This document shows, in pieces, positions 52,140 to 61,606 of a DNA stretch of 64,000 bases. This DNA is from an uncultured Bacteroides sp. (GTDB lineage Bacteria > Bacteroidota > Bacteroidia > Bacteroidales > Bacteroidaceae), in assembly GCF_910586915.1 (NCBI RefSeq), contig NZ_CAJULN010000009.1, positions 3,754 to 67,753 on the forward strand. The letters are read 5' to 3'. Position 1 is the first letter of the stretch; each line of letters starts with the position of its first letter. Made by a program: the position numbers and the translations under genes. The notes under the pieces were generated by a model. It made no database searches. It was not told where the DNA came from and saw nothing but the letters and a program-made list of their open reading frames with translations.

Positions 52140-52592
52140 TTAGAATGGCAGGTCGTCTGCCAAATTATCTTGCACAGGTTTCGACTGTGATTGCTGCGCT
52201 TGTTGCGGCTGTCCGGCACCGGGTTGTTGTGCAGCAGTGGAAGTTCCCTGATTACCCCCTTTCGGAGACAGCATTTCCATATTGTCTACATAAATCTCGG
52301 TGATATAGCGCAAAGCACCCGACTGGTCGCTGTAAGAACGTGTGCGAATCTTCCCTTCGAGATACAGTTTGTCACCCTTGTGCACATACTTGTCCACAAT
52401 CTCTGCCAAGCGGTTGGATGCAACAATATTATGCCACTCCGTCCGTTCGGGAATTTGGGTACCGTTCTGCAACGTATAGGCACGGTCTGTCGTAGCCAAC
52501 GGAAAAGTTGCCACAGCCGAACCCGTATCAAAATATTTCACCCGCGGGTCTTGTCCTACGTTCCCTATCAATATCACTTTGTTTATCGACAT
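52140..52592 (-). CDS. ssb: Single-stranded DNA-binding protein
   Basis: INKVILIGNVG, TEWHNIV, acidic DDLPF tail. Confidence 0.97.
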   Translation of the reverse strand: MSINKVILIGNVGQDPRVKYFDTGSAVATFPLATTDRAYTLQNGTQIPERTEWHNIVASNRLAEIVDKYVHKGDKLYLEGKIRTRSYSDQSGALRYITEIYVDNMEMLSPKGGNQGTSTAAQQPGAGQPQQAQQSQSKPVQDNLADDLPF

Positions 52593-52677
52593 ATATGTAT
52601 CAAGTTTATAATACTTCGTTCAAATTTGTGCCAAAATTAAACAGAATAACAATAGGATGCAAGGATTGTTATAACTT

Positions 52678-53727
52678 TTATTTTGAATCGACATACTTCT
52701 CAACAAAAGCGTGCACCAATTTGGAAACGGCATATTGCCCCAATTCTTCTACCTTTATTTTCTGAAACTTACTGAAAGAAGTGGTTGCTTCGGGCAACGT
52801 CACTTCATAGAAATTGGCGTAAATCACCCGGTGAGACAGCACGTGCTTCACCTCTCTGCACACTGAGCGAACTACCGGATGTTCACCCGGCGCAAAGAAC
52901 GACCGAAAATCGGGTAAAGCCAAAAACTCTTTTTCGGGCAAAGCCACCGACGTTTCTATCAAAGGCAGCTCGAACAGGTTTTTCCAAATATCGTCTGCCG
53001 TCCGTTTATTAATAAAGGTATGCGCGCCCGCACGTACATAAATATAATTCAAATAACGGTTGGTGGTTTTCGTTTTATGCCGTTTCACTGGCAGTTTTGA
53101 CACGCTTCCTTTCGAGAGTGCCGCACAGCCGTCAGCCAACGGACAAAACAGGCAATCAGGCGACTGCGGGGTACACTGAACCGCACCGAAATCCATTATC
53201 GCCTGATTGTAAACAGCTGGACGTTTTTTATCCAGCAACTCATCCGCCAAAGCCGCAAAGAGTTTCTTCCCTTCGGTCGAATCAATCGGGGTGCCAATAT
53301 CGAAATAGCGCGAAAGCACACGATACACATTTCCGTCCACCACCGCATAGGGCATACCATAGGCAAACGAGCAGATAGCTGCAGCCGTGTACTCCCCTAC
53401 TCCTTTCAAAGTCCGTACGCCCGAATACGTTTGCGGGAAAACCCCGTCCATGCTTTTAGCAGCGGCATGAAGATTTCGGGCACGCGAGTAATAGCCTAAC
53501 CCCTGCCAGTACTTCATCACCTCATCCTCGTCCGCATCTGCCAATGTACGTACATCGGGAAAACGCTCAACGAAACGAAGAAAATAATCATATCCCTGCG
53601 CCACACGCGTCTGCTGGAGGATGATTTCTGAAATCCATATCAGATACGGATCGGAAGATTCCCGCCAGGGCAACTCACGTTTATTCTCTTCATACCACCT
53701 TATAATTACTTCAGTAAACTCACTCAT
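52678..53727 (-). CDS. mutY: A/G-specific adenine glycosylase
   Basis: SEIILQQT, WQGLGYYSRARN, VVDGNV and a 4Fe-4S Cys cluster. Confidence 0.96.
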   Translation of the reverse strand: MSEFTEVIIRWYEENKRELPWRESSDPYLIWISEIILQQTRVAQGYDYFLRFVERFPDVRTLADADEDEVMKYWQGLGYYSRARNLHAAAKSMDGVFPQTYSGVRTLKGVGEYTAAAICSFAYGMPYAVVDGNVYRVLSRYFDIGTPIDSTEGKKLFAALADELLDKKRPAVYNQAIMDFGAVQCTPQSPDCLFCPLADGCAALSKGSVSKLPVKRHKTKTTNRYLNYIYVRAGAHTFINKRTADDIWKNLFELPLIETSVALPEKEFLALPDFRSFFAPGEHPVVRSVCREVKHVLSHRVIYANFYEVTLPEATTSFSKFQKIKVEELGQYAVSKLVHAFVEKYVDSK

Positions 53728-53929
53728 ACTAATGTATCATCTAACATTTATCTTGTATATGCTATTCAAAAGAGACACAAAAGTAACTCTTTTGCCTATA
53801 AGAAACCCCAAAGCCACTATTTTTTTAGAAAAATGTGCATAATATATTTTTTTAGGAGATGAAAAAGCTATATATTTGCAGTCCAAAAAATTAGCAATAA
53901 CATAGTAATAATATTTTTTTTAAGGAAAA

Positions 53930-54205
53930 ATGACTAAAGCAGATATTGTAAACGAGATTACAAAGAAAACTGGGATTGACAAACAGACAGTTCTTACAAC
54001 AGTTGAAGCATTCATGGACGCTGTTAAAGATTCTTTGTCCAATGACGAGAACGTGTATTTACGCGGATTCGGTAGTTTCGTTGTAAAGAAAAGAGCGCAG
54101 AAAACCGCTCGTAATATTTCAAAGAACACTACTATTATTATCCCCGAGCACAATATTCCGGCTTTCAAACCGGCTAAGACATTTACAATTTCAGTAAAGA
54201 AATAA
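53930..54205 (+). CDS. hup: HU/IHF-family DNA-binding protein
   Basis: MTKADIV...LRGFGSF...ARN...PAFKP. Confidence 0.93.
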   Translation: MTKADIVNEITKKTGIDKQTVLTTVEAFMDAVKDSLSNDENVYLRGFGSFVVKKRAQKTARNISKNTTIIIPEHNIPAFKPAKTFTISVKK

Positions 54206-54239
54206 TAAACAAGAGTATTAACCCATAAAATGTGAAGCT

Positions 54240-54332
54240 ATGCCAAGCGGAAAAAAGAAAAAAAGACACAAAATGTCTACGCACAAGCGTAAAAAAAGAC
54301 TGAGAAAGAACAGACATAAAAGCAAAAAATAA
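54240..54332 (+). CDS. 30-aa basic protein, ribosomal bS22 (AURKAIP1/COX24-like)
   Basis: Manual translation MPSGKKKKRHKMSTHKRKKRLRKNRHKSKK*; below the ORF-track length cutoff. Confidence 0.85.
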   Translation: MPSGKKKKRHKMSTHKRKKRLRKNRHKSKK

Positions 54333-54354
54333 TTTTTAAGTCTGATTCACACAG

Positions 54355-54406
54355 AAACAAAGAACAAACTTGCGAAGCCAATGTCTTTCAAGTTTGTTCT
54401 TTGTTT
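54355..54406 (+). terminator. 18-bp perfect hairpin between the bS22-like ORF and rng
   Basis: AAACAAAGAACAAACTTG / CAAGTTTGTTCTTTGTTT. Confidence 0.65.
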
Positions 54407-54488
54407 AAGTAGCTAACCCAAGATGAACAATTTGTCAATAATGTTGTTCATAGGAATAAGGTTCAATCAATAATAAGGAAACAAACCA

Positions 54489-56063
54489 GTGACAAGTGAA
54501 TTAGTAGTTGACGTACAGCCCAAAGAGGTCTCCATTGCTCTTCTCGAAGACAAGAGTCTGGTGGAACTTCAAAGCGAAGGAAGAAACATTTCTTTTTCAG
54601 TGGGCAATATGTATTTGGGACGCATCAAGAAATTGATGCCCGGACTGAACGCCTGCTTCGTAGACGTCGGTTACGAGAAAGACGCTTTCCTTCATTATCT
54701 TGACCTGGGTCCTCAATTTAACTCACTCGAAAAGTTTGTAAAGCAGACTTTAAGCGACAAAAAGAGGCTGAACTCCATCAGCAAAGCAACCCTGCTTCCC
54801 GATCTTGACAAGGACGGCACTGTATCCAACACACTCAAGGTAGGACAAGAAGTTGTGGTGCAAATCGTAAAGGAACCTATCTCCACGAAGGGACCTCGAC
54901 TGACGTCCGAAATATCATTTGCAGGACGCTATCTCGTGCTCATCCCTTTCAACGATAAAGTTTCCGTATCACAAAAAATTAAATCGAGCGAAGAACGCGC
55001 CCGCCTGAAACAACTGCTGATGAGCATCAAGCCGAAAAACTTCGGTGTAATCGTCCGCACAGTGGCCGAAGGCAAACGCGTAGCCGAACTCGACGGAGAG
55101 CTTAAAGTCCTGATCAAGCATTGGGAAGATGCAATGGCGAAAGTACAGAAAGCCACCAAGTATCCGACGTTGATTTATGAAGAAACCAGCCGCGCCGTAG
55201 GCTTGTTGCGCGACCTCTTCAACCCTTCTTTTGAAAATATTCACGTCAATGATGAGGCTGTGTACAATGAAATCAAAGACTATGTATCACTGATTGCACC
55301 CGAACGCGCCAACATCGTGAAACTATACAAAGGCCAACTTCCCATTTACGACAATTTCGGCATCACCAAGCAGATTAAATCATCGTTTGGAAAAACCATC
55401 TCTTACAAGAGCGGTGCTTATCTGATTATTGAGCACACAGAAGCACTTCACGTAGTGGATGTGAACAGTGGAAACCGCACCAAAAACGCCAACGGACAGG
55501 AAGGCAACGCACTCGAAGTAAATTTGGGGGCTGCCGACGAGCTGGCACGCCAACTGCGATTAAGAGATATGGGTGGTATCATCGTCGTAGACTTCATCGA
55601 CATGAACGAAGCCGAAAACCGTCAGAAACTTTACGAACGGATGTGTGCCAATATGCAGAAAGACAGGGCACGGCATAACATTCTGCCGCTCAGCAAATTC
55701 GGGCTGATGCAGATTACACGCCAGCGTGTGCGTCCGGCAATGGATGTCAACACAAGTGAAATCTGCCCTACCTGCTTCGGCAAAGGCACTATCAAGTCGT
55801 CCATTCTCTTTACGGACACTTTGGAGAGTAAAATTGATTATCTGGTCAACAAACTGAAGATTAAGAAATTCTCGTTACACGTCCATCCATATGTGGCCGC
55901 TTATATCAATCAAGGACTCGTTTCCCTGAAACGGAAGTGGCAGATGAAATACGGATTAGGTATCAAGGTTATTCCAAGCCAAAAACTCGCATTTCTACAA
56001 TATGTGTTCTATGATATACATGGAGAAGAAATCGACATGAAGGAGGAATTCGAAATCAAATAG
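54489..56063 (+). CDS. rng: Ribonuclease E/G family
   Basis: S1 domain, KEPISTKGPRLT, VVDVNSG and RLRDMGGIIVVDFIDM motifs; GTG start. Confidence 0.95.
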   Translation: MTSELVVDVQPKEVSIALLEDKSLVELQSEGRNISFSVGNMYLGRIKKLMPGLNACFVDVGYEKDAFLHYLDLGPQFNSLEKFVKQTLSDKKRLNSISKATLLPDLDKDGTVSNTLKVGQEVVVQIVKEPISTKGPRLTSEISFAGRYLVLIPFNDKVSVSQKIKSSEERARLKQLLMSIKPKNFGVIVRTVAEGKRVAELDGELKVLIKHWEDAMAKVQKATKYPTLIYEETSRAVGLLRDLFNPSFENIHVNDEAVYNEIKDYVSLIAPERANIVKLYKGQLPIYDNFGITKQIKSSFGKTISYKSGAYLIIEHTEALHVVDVNSGNRTKNANGQEGNALEVNLGAADELARQLRLRDMGGIIVVDFIDMNEAENRQKLYERMCANMQKDRARHNILPLSKFGLMQITRQRVRPAMDVNTSEICPTCFGKGTIKSSILFTDTLESKIDYLVNKLKIKKFSLHVHPYVAAYINQGLVSLKRKWQMKYGLGIKVIPSQKLAFLQYVFYDIHGEEIDMKEEFEIK

Positions 56064-56067
56064 ACAG

Positions 56068-56104
56068 AAAAGGCGGCTCGTCAAAAAGAACAAGCCGCCT
56101 TTTT
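56068..56104. terminator. Bidirectional terminator
   Basis: AAAAGGCGGCT...AGCCGCCTTTTT between convergent genes. Confidence 0.8.
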
Positions 56105-56155
56105 GTTTTTCATATCACCGCTTATCGGAACTTCTCTGCAGAACCCAACAAGAAA

Positions 56156-56581
56156 TCATCCCTCATTCCTCGTAGAAACGAAACACTTGCGAAACACAAA
56201 CGTATCTGCCAAAAAGTAATTAAGTAATCCGGAGATAAGCAATGCTGCAAAGTTGCACCATATCACACCCCATCCGAACATCTTCTCGAAAATCAGCAGG
56301 AATAGCATCTTCACTAAAAAAGCCACTACGGAAGAGAGGTTAAACACAAAGAAGCGAAGCCAAAAGTCACGCGTACACCTGCCGCTTATGCGGTCTTTCC
56401 ATATCCAGCAATACGAACAGAGAAAGTTGCTCATCACTGCGAACTCGAACGAAATGATAGGTGAAACAACATAAACTCCCCAATATCCTTCGAAAAGGAA
56501 ATGGGAACATATCCACAATACAAACGTATCGACTCCTGTGCCGAACAGACGGCTTACTACAAACTCTAAATAGGTACGCAA
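56156..56581 (-). CDS. GtrA-family membrane protein
   Basis: Four TMs with the GtrA pattern (GTGVD, SNF..S..W, NY..TFVF). Confidence 0.8.
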   Translation of the reverse strand: MRTYLEFVVSRLFGTGVDTFVLWICSHFLFEGYWGVYVVSPIISFEFAVMSNFLCSYCWIWKDRISGRCTRDFWLRFFVFNLSSVVAFLVKMLFLLIFEKMFGWGVIWCNFAALLISGLLNYFLADTFVFRKCFVSTRNEG

Positions 56582-56585
56582 ACTA

Positions 56586-57290
56586 TCAATCCTCCTTTTT
56601 TTCGGGGTTATAGGGCTTTAACGGATCGCGTTCGGCAAGAATACGGCGGTCTACAAGGAATTGGCTGAGCCATGCTCCGAAAAGGAAAAGAGCAATCAGC
56701 AAACCGGCAATATCAAATACACCCAACGTTTGTCCGCCAACCGTATAGGAAATTGCAGACAAAGGAGTGTACATAAACACGGTATTGATAAGTATGACTA
56801 CCAAACGGAATTCCGTAGGGCCGAAACTGCCGTAAGTCAATCTGAATTCGTCTTTAATAATCGTGGAAATATATGTATAAATGGAAAGCACGAGATATCC
56901 TGCCAACACCAACATGGCTACATCGAGCCTAAACATAGGAGAAATGCCTGCTCCGATGCACATGATGCAGATAGTCACCGCATCCAACGTATGGTCGATA
57001 AAAAAGCCGTAAATCGGGCGTTGCGTATGACGCACACGTGCCAACGTTCCGTCAAGGCTGTCGCCATACCAGTTTATCACCAGCCCTAATGATGAAATCC
57101 ACAAATAATTCTTGTCAATATGAGCCAAAGCAAACCCCAGTCCGCAGACAACGGCACCCAGCAGCCCGATGTATGTCAACATATCCGAAGTCATCCACGA
57201 CGGCTGTCTTTCCGCCAGCCATATCAATGCTTTTTTCTCCATTGCGTTAAGCAATGAAGTCTGTATTCTATTTGACGATTCTTTACCCAT
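56586..57290 (-). CDS. CDP-alcohol phosphatidyltransferase
   Basis: DSLDGTLAR...GFFIDHTLD signature. Confidence 0.9.
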   Translation of the reverse strand: MGKESSNRIQTSLLNAMEKKALIWLAERQPSWMTSDMLTYIGLLGAVVCGLGFALAHIDKNYLWISSLGLVINWYGDSLDGTLARVRHTQRPIYGFFIDHTLDAVTICIMCIGAGISPMFRLDVAMLVLAGYLVLSIYTYISTIIKDEFRLTYGSFGPTEFRLVVILINTVFMYTPLSAISYTVGGQTLGVFDIAGLLIALFLFGAWLSQFLVDRRILAERDPLKPYNPEKKED

Positions 57291-57382
57291 TCCTAAATTT
57301 TTCAGCAAAAGTATATCTTATTTCAACAAATGTGTACATATAGAGATGTCTTTTTGAGGCTATTTAACACTTAAAAGTATCA

Positions 57383-58675
57383 TCAAGGAAAAATAATCCG
57401 AAATTTAGTCCATCCGTCGGAATATGTACGCAAGGAGAATGTACATCCGTGCCGCATCAGCACTTCACGGATAAAGATAAGTCCGATACCTTGTCCGTTG
57501 GGTTTGGTCGAAAAGAAAGGGCTGAATAATTTAGCTTCCGTTTCTTTGTTGATACCGCCGCCATTGTCCAATACTTCAATGATAGCGGGCGAAAGAGTAC
57601 GGAAGATGATTTCGCCATCCGTTCCAATGCTTTCGGCAGAGTTTTTAATGATATTCACAAGCACTTGTTCCAACAGAACGGCGTCCAACATCACTTCTTT
57701 CAGGTTTTCATCCATTTCCATACGGAGCTTGATACGGCGGTCGTTGCACATTCCCTCCATAAAACGTGTGCAGGTGAGCACAAGATCGTTCAGGCAAACG
57801 GGCGATAGTGTAGGTTCGGGTATTTTCACCACATCGGCAAAGCGGGTGATAAACCGACTCATTGAAAAACAACGTTCGGTACAGATACGCATCACATCGC
57901 AGATGTCGCTCCGACCTTCTTCACAAGCAAGTGCCTGCTCCACGGTATCCAGTGTGGAAACGATGCCGGCAGTGGTGTTATTCACTTCATGCGCTATCAT
58001 ACGTATTACTTTTCCATAGGCTTTCTTTTCGGCTTTCATCACCTCGTCCGTCAGGCTTTCTATCAGAAAGAAAGGGTGCTGGAATCCACGGTCGATAAAA
58101 GAAGAGTGGACGCAACGATAGATATTGGAGTTGTTCAAGCGCACGGTTATTGTCTCTCCCTTCGGCACGCTTGCCAGTTCTGCCGCCAAAGGAGAGTCTA
58201 TTTCTTTCAGAAACTTGCCCTTTACTTCGTCCTGGCGGACATCCAGCATTTTCAGTGCCATCGGGTTAAGTTGCGATAGATGTCCGTCGAGCGTAGTGAT
58301 AATCACTCCCATTGGAGAGGCGTTAATCAGCAAATCAAGAAAGTGGTTCTGTTCGCGCAGGCGGAGACGTTCGTTCTTGAGTTGCTCCATCATACGGTTG
58401 AATACATTGACAAGGCGGTCGGCTTCGTATTGCCCTACCGGACTGAGACGACTGCTGAAATCCTGTTCGCGCAACAAATCCATACCGTTTCCTATGGTAT
58501 TGAGCGGCTTTAGAAGTTTCCGGTAGAAAAAGACAAGATAGACAAGGATAAAAAGTATCAATCCCTGCCCCATGTAGAAAAAGGTAGGATTCAGTTGGCT
58601 GGAAAGGAACAGCAAAAGGCCGCCCAATGAAAGCAACAAAAAGACAAGTATGTAAAAAAATCCTTTTATACGCAC
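57383..58675 (-). CDS. Sensor histidine kinase (NtrY-like)
   Basis: TM hairpin, HAMP, PAS, AHEVNN, DNGGG and GQGIGL motifs; likely GTG start at 58675. Confidence 0.92.
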   Translation of the reverse strand: MRIKGFFYILVFLLLSLGGLLLFLSSQLNPTFFYMGQGLILFILVYLVFFYRKLLKPLNTIGNGMDLLREQDFSSRLSPVGQYEADRLVNVFNRMMEQLKNERLRLREQNHFLDLLINASPMGVIITTLDGHLSQLNPMALKMLDVRQDEVKGKFLKEIDSPLAAELASVPKGETITVRLNNSNIYRCVHSSFIDRGFQHPFFLIESLTDEVMKAEKKAYGKVIRMIAHEVNNTTAGIVSTLDTVEQALACEEGRSDICDVMRICTERCFSMSRFITRFADVVKIPEPTLSPVCLNDLVLTCTRFMEGMCNDRRIKLRMEMDENLKEVMLDAVLLEQVLVNIIKNSAESIGTDGEIIFRTLSPAIIEVLDNGGGINKETEAKLFSPFFSTKPNGQGIGLIFIREVLMRHGCTFSLRTYSDGWTKFRIIFP

Positions 58676-58676
58676 G

Positions 58677-60023
58677 TTATACGGTAATGTTATATTTTTC
58701 AAGACGGCGATAAAGCGCGGCACGGCTGATGCCCAATGCGGTTGCCACCTGACTCAGATTTCCCCGACAGCGTTCGAGCGCTTGAAGGATGGTCTGCCGT
58801 TCCACCTCATCCAAAGTCATGCCTGCCAGCGATGTAGCGGTTCTTGCATCGTCGCGACGGATATACTGTGCATCGAAGTCGGACGCGTCAAGCATCGTTT
58901 TCCCACTTACCAAGATGGTGCGTTCTACGAGATTCTTCAGCTCACGAATGTTTCCGGGGAAAGGCAGACGGCTTAGAAACTGTAAGGACTCAGCAGTAAA
59001 TTCTGTACGCGGCAATCCGTTCGCAGCAGCTTGGCAGTCGGCAAAATGACGTACCAGCAACGGAATGTCTTCGCGACGTTCGCGCAAAGAAGGCAATTGT
59101 ACGGTTATCAGATTGATGCGGTAGAACAAATCTTCGCGGAAAGTACGCTCGTTTACCATCTGGCGCAAATCGGCATTCGTTGCAGAGACTACGCGAATGT
59201 CCGTTTTGCGGGGACGACTGTCGCCAAGCACTTCAAACGTCTGGTCTTGCAACACACGTAGCAGTTTCACTTGGCAGGAAGGGTCGAGGTCACCGATTTC
59301 ATCTAAAAAGATAGTCCCTTTGTCTGCCATTTCAAAACGGCCTATGCGGTCGGAAGAGGCATCGGTAAAAGCCCCTTTCTTATGGCCAAACATTTCGCTC
59401 TCGAACAGGCTTTGGGAAATTCCACCTAAATTGACTTTGACAAACGGATGCTTTGCACGCCGGCTGTTCATATGAATAGCTTCGGCTATCAACTCCTTGC
59501 CTGTGCCGCTTTCGCCTGTAATCAGCACGGATGCATTGGTCTTTGCTATGCGGGCGACGGTATTCAGCACATCCGTCAGTGCTCGGCTGCGACCGATGAT
59601 GTGAGTGCGGTCGAAAGCAGTGCTTTGTTCCTGTATTGCAGTACTTTCGGGAGCAGCAGAAAGCTGCAAAACGGTTTCGATACGCTGCAACAGGGCGGCA
59701 TTGTTCCACGGTTTAGTAATAAAATCGAAAGCTCCCGCCTGCATTCCCTGTACAGCAAGCCGGATACTTCCCCAGGCAGTCATCAATATCACCGGAGTTT
59801 CGGGGCGGAATATCTTCACTTGCCTAAGCAGCGTCAACCCCTCTTCGCCCGTAGTGGAAAGGGTGAAGTTCATATCCATCAATATCAAATCGGGAGCTTC
59901 GGCACGCACTGCATCCATTGCTTCCCGAGGACCGGGAACTGCCTGCACCTCATATCCCGCCCGCTTGAGCATAAAGCTAAGCGATGAGCGCACAATACTA
60001 TCGTCGTCAATTATCAGAATCAT
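58677..60023 (-). CDS. Sigma54-dependent NtrC-family response regulator
   Basis: Receiver, GESGTGKE, GAFTDA, FPGNIREL, Fis-type HTH. Confidence 0.95.
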   Translation of the reverse strand: MILIIDDDSIVRSSLSFMLKRAGYEVQAVPGPREAMDAVRAEAPDLILMDMNFTLSTTGEEGLTLLRQVKIFRPETPVILMTAWGSIRLAVQGMQAGAFDFITKPWNNAALLQRIETVLQLSAAPESTAIQEQSTAFDRTHIIGRSRALTDVLNTVARIAKTNASVLITGESGTGKELIAEAIHMNSRRAKHPFVKVNLGGISQSLFESEMFGHKKGAFTDASSDRIGRFEMADKGTIFLDEIGDLDPSCQVKLLRVLQDQTFEVLGDSRPRKTDIRVVSATNADLRQMVNERTFREDLFYRINLITVQLPSLRERREDIPLLVRHFADCQAAANGLPRTEFTAESLQFLSRLPFPGNIRELKNLVERTILVSGKTMLDASDFDAQYIRRDDARTATSLAGMTLDEVERQTILQALERCRGNLSQVATALGISRAALYRRLEKYNITV

Positions 60024-60071
60024 GTTGCAAAACTACAAAAAATAACAACTCTCTCTTCTTCGTTCTTCACT

Positions 60072-61571
60072 TTATTGATGTATAATCTCATCAAAATCAG
60101 CTTCCAACTCCGTATTGGTACGAAAATCCCAAAGCGTAAGGCTGCGAATCTGATAAAAGTAATACCAATAATAATATAGTTCGGAAATATGCTTCTGCCT
60201 TGCCGCATCTTTCGAATTTTGTGCATCGTTGAGGTCGAGTGTATTAATCTTACCTATCAGAAAGGTCTCAATGCTGGTTTTATAGCGTTGCTGGGCAATA
60301 AGGTCGGCTTCTTTGGCGATTGCCAACTGTTGTGCCTGATTGTTGAAATGCTCCACCAACAAAAAGATGTCCTGATTGAAATTCATCTGTTCCTGGCGGA
60401 TTCTTGAAAGCACCACATCGCGGTTGCTCTTGGCTACGCGCACCTTGCCCCGCCGTTTGCCCCAGTCCAAAATAGGTATTTTAACACCCACCTGCACAAT
60501 CTGGTTGTCTTGGAGATTCTCGTAAACGGTAGGGAAGTTACGGTTTTCTCCGGTATATCCCACGCTGGCAAAAAGGTCGATGCTGCGCAACTTGCCCCGC
60601 GCGGCAGCTACTTCATAATCAGCTTCCAACTGCCGGCGGCGGATATTCTGTGCAAATGAGTTGCGTTCGAGCGCTTTGCTCAGTACCTTATTATATTCCA
60701 TCCCTCCGATGTCTACGGATTCGGGAATGACGGGGCGTAGCATTTCTTCCTCCCCCATCCCCAAGAAGGAGCGAAGTTGGAACATCTTGGCGTTAAGACC
60801 GCTCTCGGCTTCGGTCACGGCGGCTTTTGCATTCAAGGCAGAGAGTTTGAGTTGCAGAAGTTCGTTTTCGGAAATCTGTCCCATCTTCCGTTTGGCAAGT
60901 GCCACTTCGTAGAGATGGTCGGCGTTCTTGCGGTTCTGCCGGGCAGTGCTCAGATTCTCACGTGCCAGCAGCAAATTGAAGTAATAAGTGATGGTTCGCA
61001 TCGTCACTCCTTCGGTAGCGGTAATAAAGGCTGCCTTTGCTTCGGCATAGCGCACCGGCTCAATACGTCTGTTCCACTTGATGTTGTTTACGCCAAAAAT
61101 AGGTTGAACAAGTTTCAAGGTCACCGGCACGGACATAAACTGGCGACGACCGCCGGAACCGAGTTGTTTCAAATAGTCGAGCGAAGAGGTCAGAGAGAGT
61201 TTTCCTCCGGTCAGCCAAATGTTTTGGTCGATGGAAAGCTCTCCTGAAAGCCCCAACGCGCTGTTGCGGACAAAACTGTAGGAACCGTCAGCATTCTGAT
61301 AAGAGCTGTACGACTTGTTGTAATTGGGCAATGTACCGGAAAGATTGACTTCGGGCAACAGGTCGGCACGGAAAGTACGATATTCCCAATAAGCAGTTTT
61401 CAATTCGTTCAAGGCAACCGCCGCATCGACCGATTGCAAACGTGCCAGCGTAATGGCTTCACTGAGGGTTATCTCCCTTTCTTTCCGTGTCTCTTCCGTT
61501 TGTGCCGGCAGTGCCGACGGAAGAGAGGAGATGGCTACGGTAAGGATTAACAATATCTTTTTCATGCTCAT
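60072..61571 (-). CDS. TolC-family outer-membrane efflux protein
   Basis: Signal peptide, ITLSEAI, two OEP-like repeats (IPILDWGKR). Confidence 0.88.
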   Translation of the reverse strand: MSMKKILLILTVAISSLPSALPAQTEETRKEREITLSEAITLARLQSVDAAVALNELKTAYWEYRTFRADLLPEVNLSGTLPNYNKSYSSYQNADGSYSFVRNSALGLSGELSIDQNIWLTGGKLSLTSSLDYLKQLGSGGRRQFMSVPVTLKLVQPIFGVNNIKWNRRIEPVRYAEAKAAFITATEGVTMRTITYYFNLLLARENLSTARQNRKNADHLYEVALAKRKMGQISENELLQLKLSALNAKAAVTEAESGLNAKMFQLRSFLGMGEEEMLRPVIPESVDIGGMEYNKVLSKALERNSFAQNIRRRQLEADYEVAAARGKLRSIDLFASVGYTGENRNFPTVYENLQDNQIVQVGVKIPILDWGKRRGKVRVAKSNRDVVLSRIRQEQMNFNQDIFLLVEHFNNQAQQLAIAKEADLIAQQRYKTSIETFLIGKINTLDLNDAQNSKDAARQKHISELYYYWYYFYQIRSLTLWDFRTNTELEADFDEIIHQ

Positions 61572-61606
61572 TCTACATTTATTTGGTACATATATGGAAT
61601 TTGTAT

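Noticed and set aside
52619..52636. TTGGCACAAATTTGA upstream of ssb as a sigma54 promoter
   Set aside because: Spacing is one base short and the -12 GC is missing.
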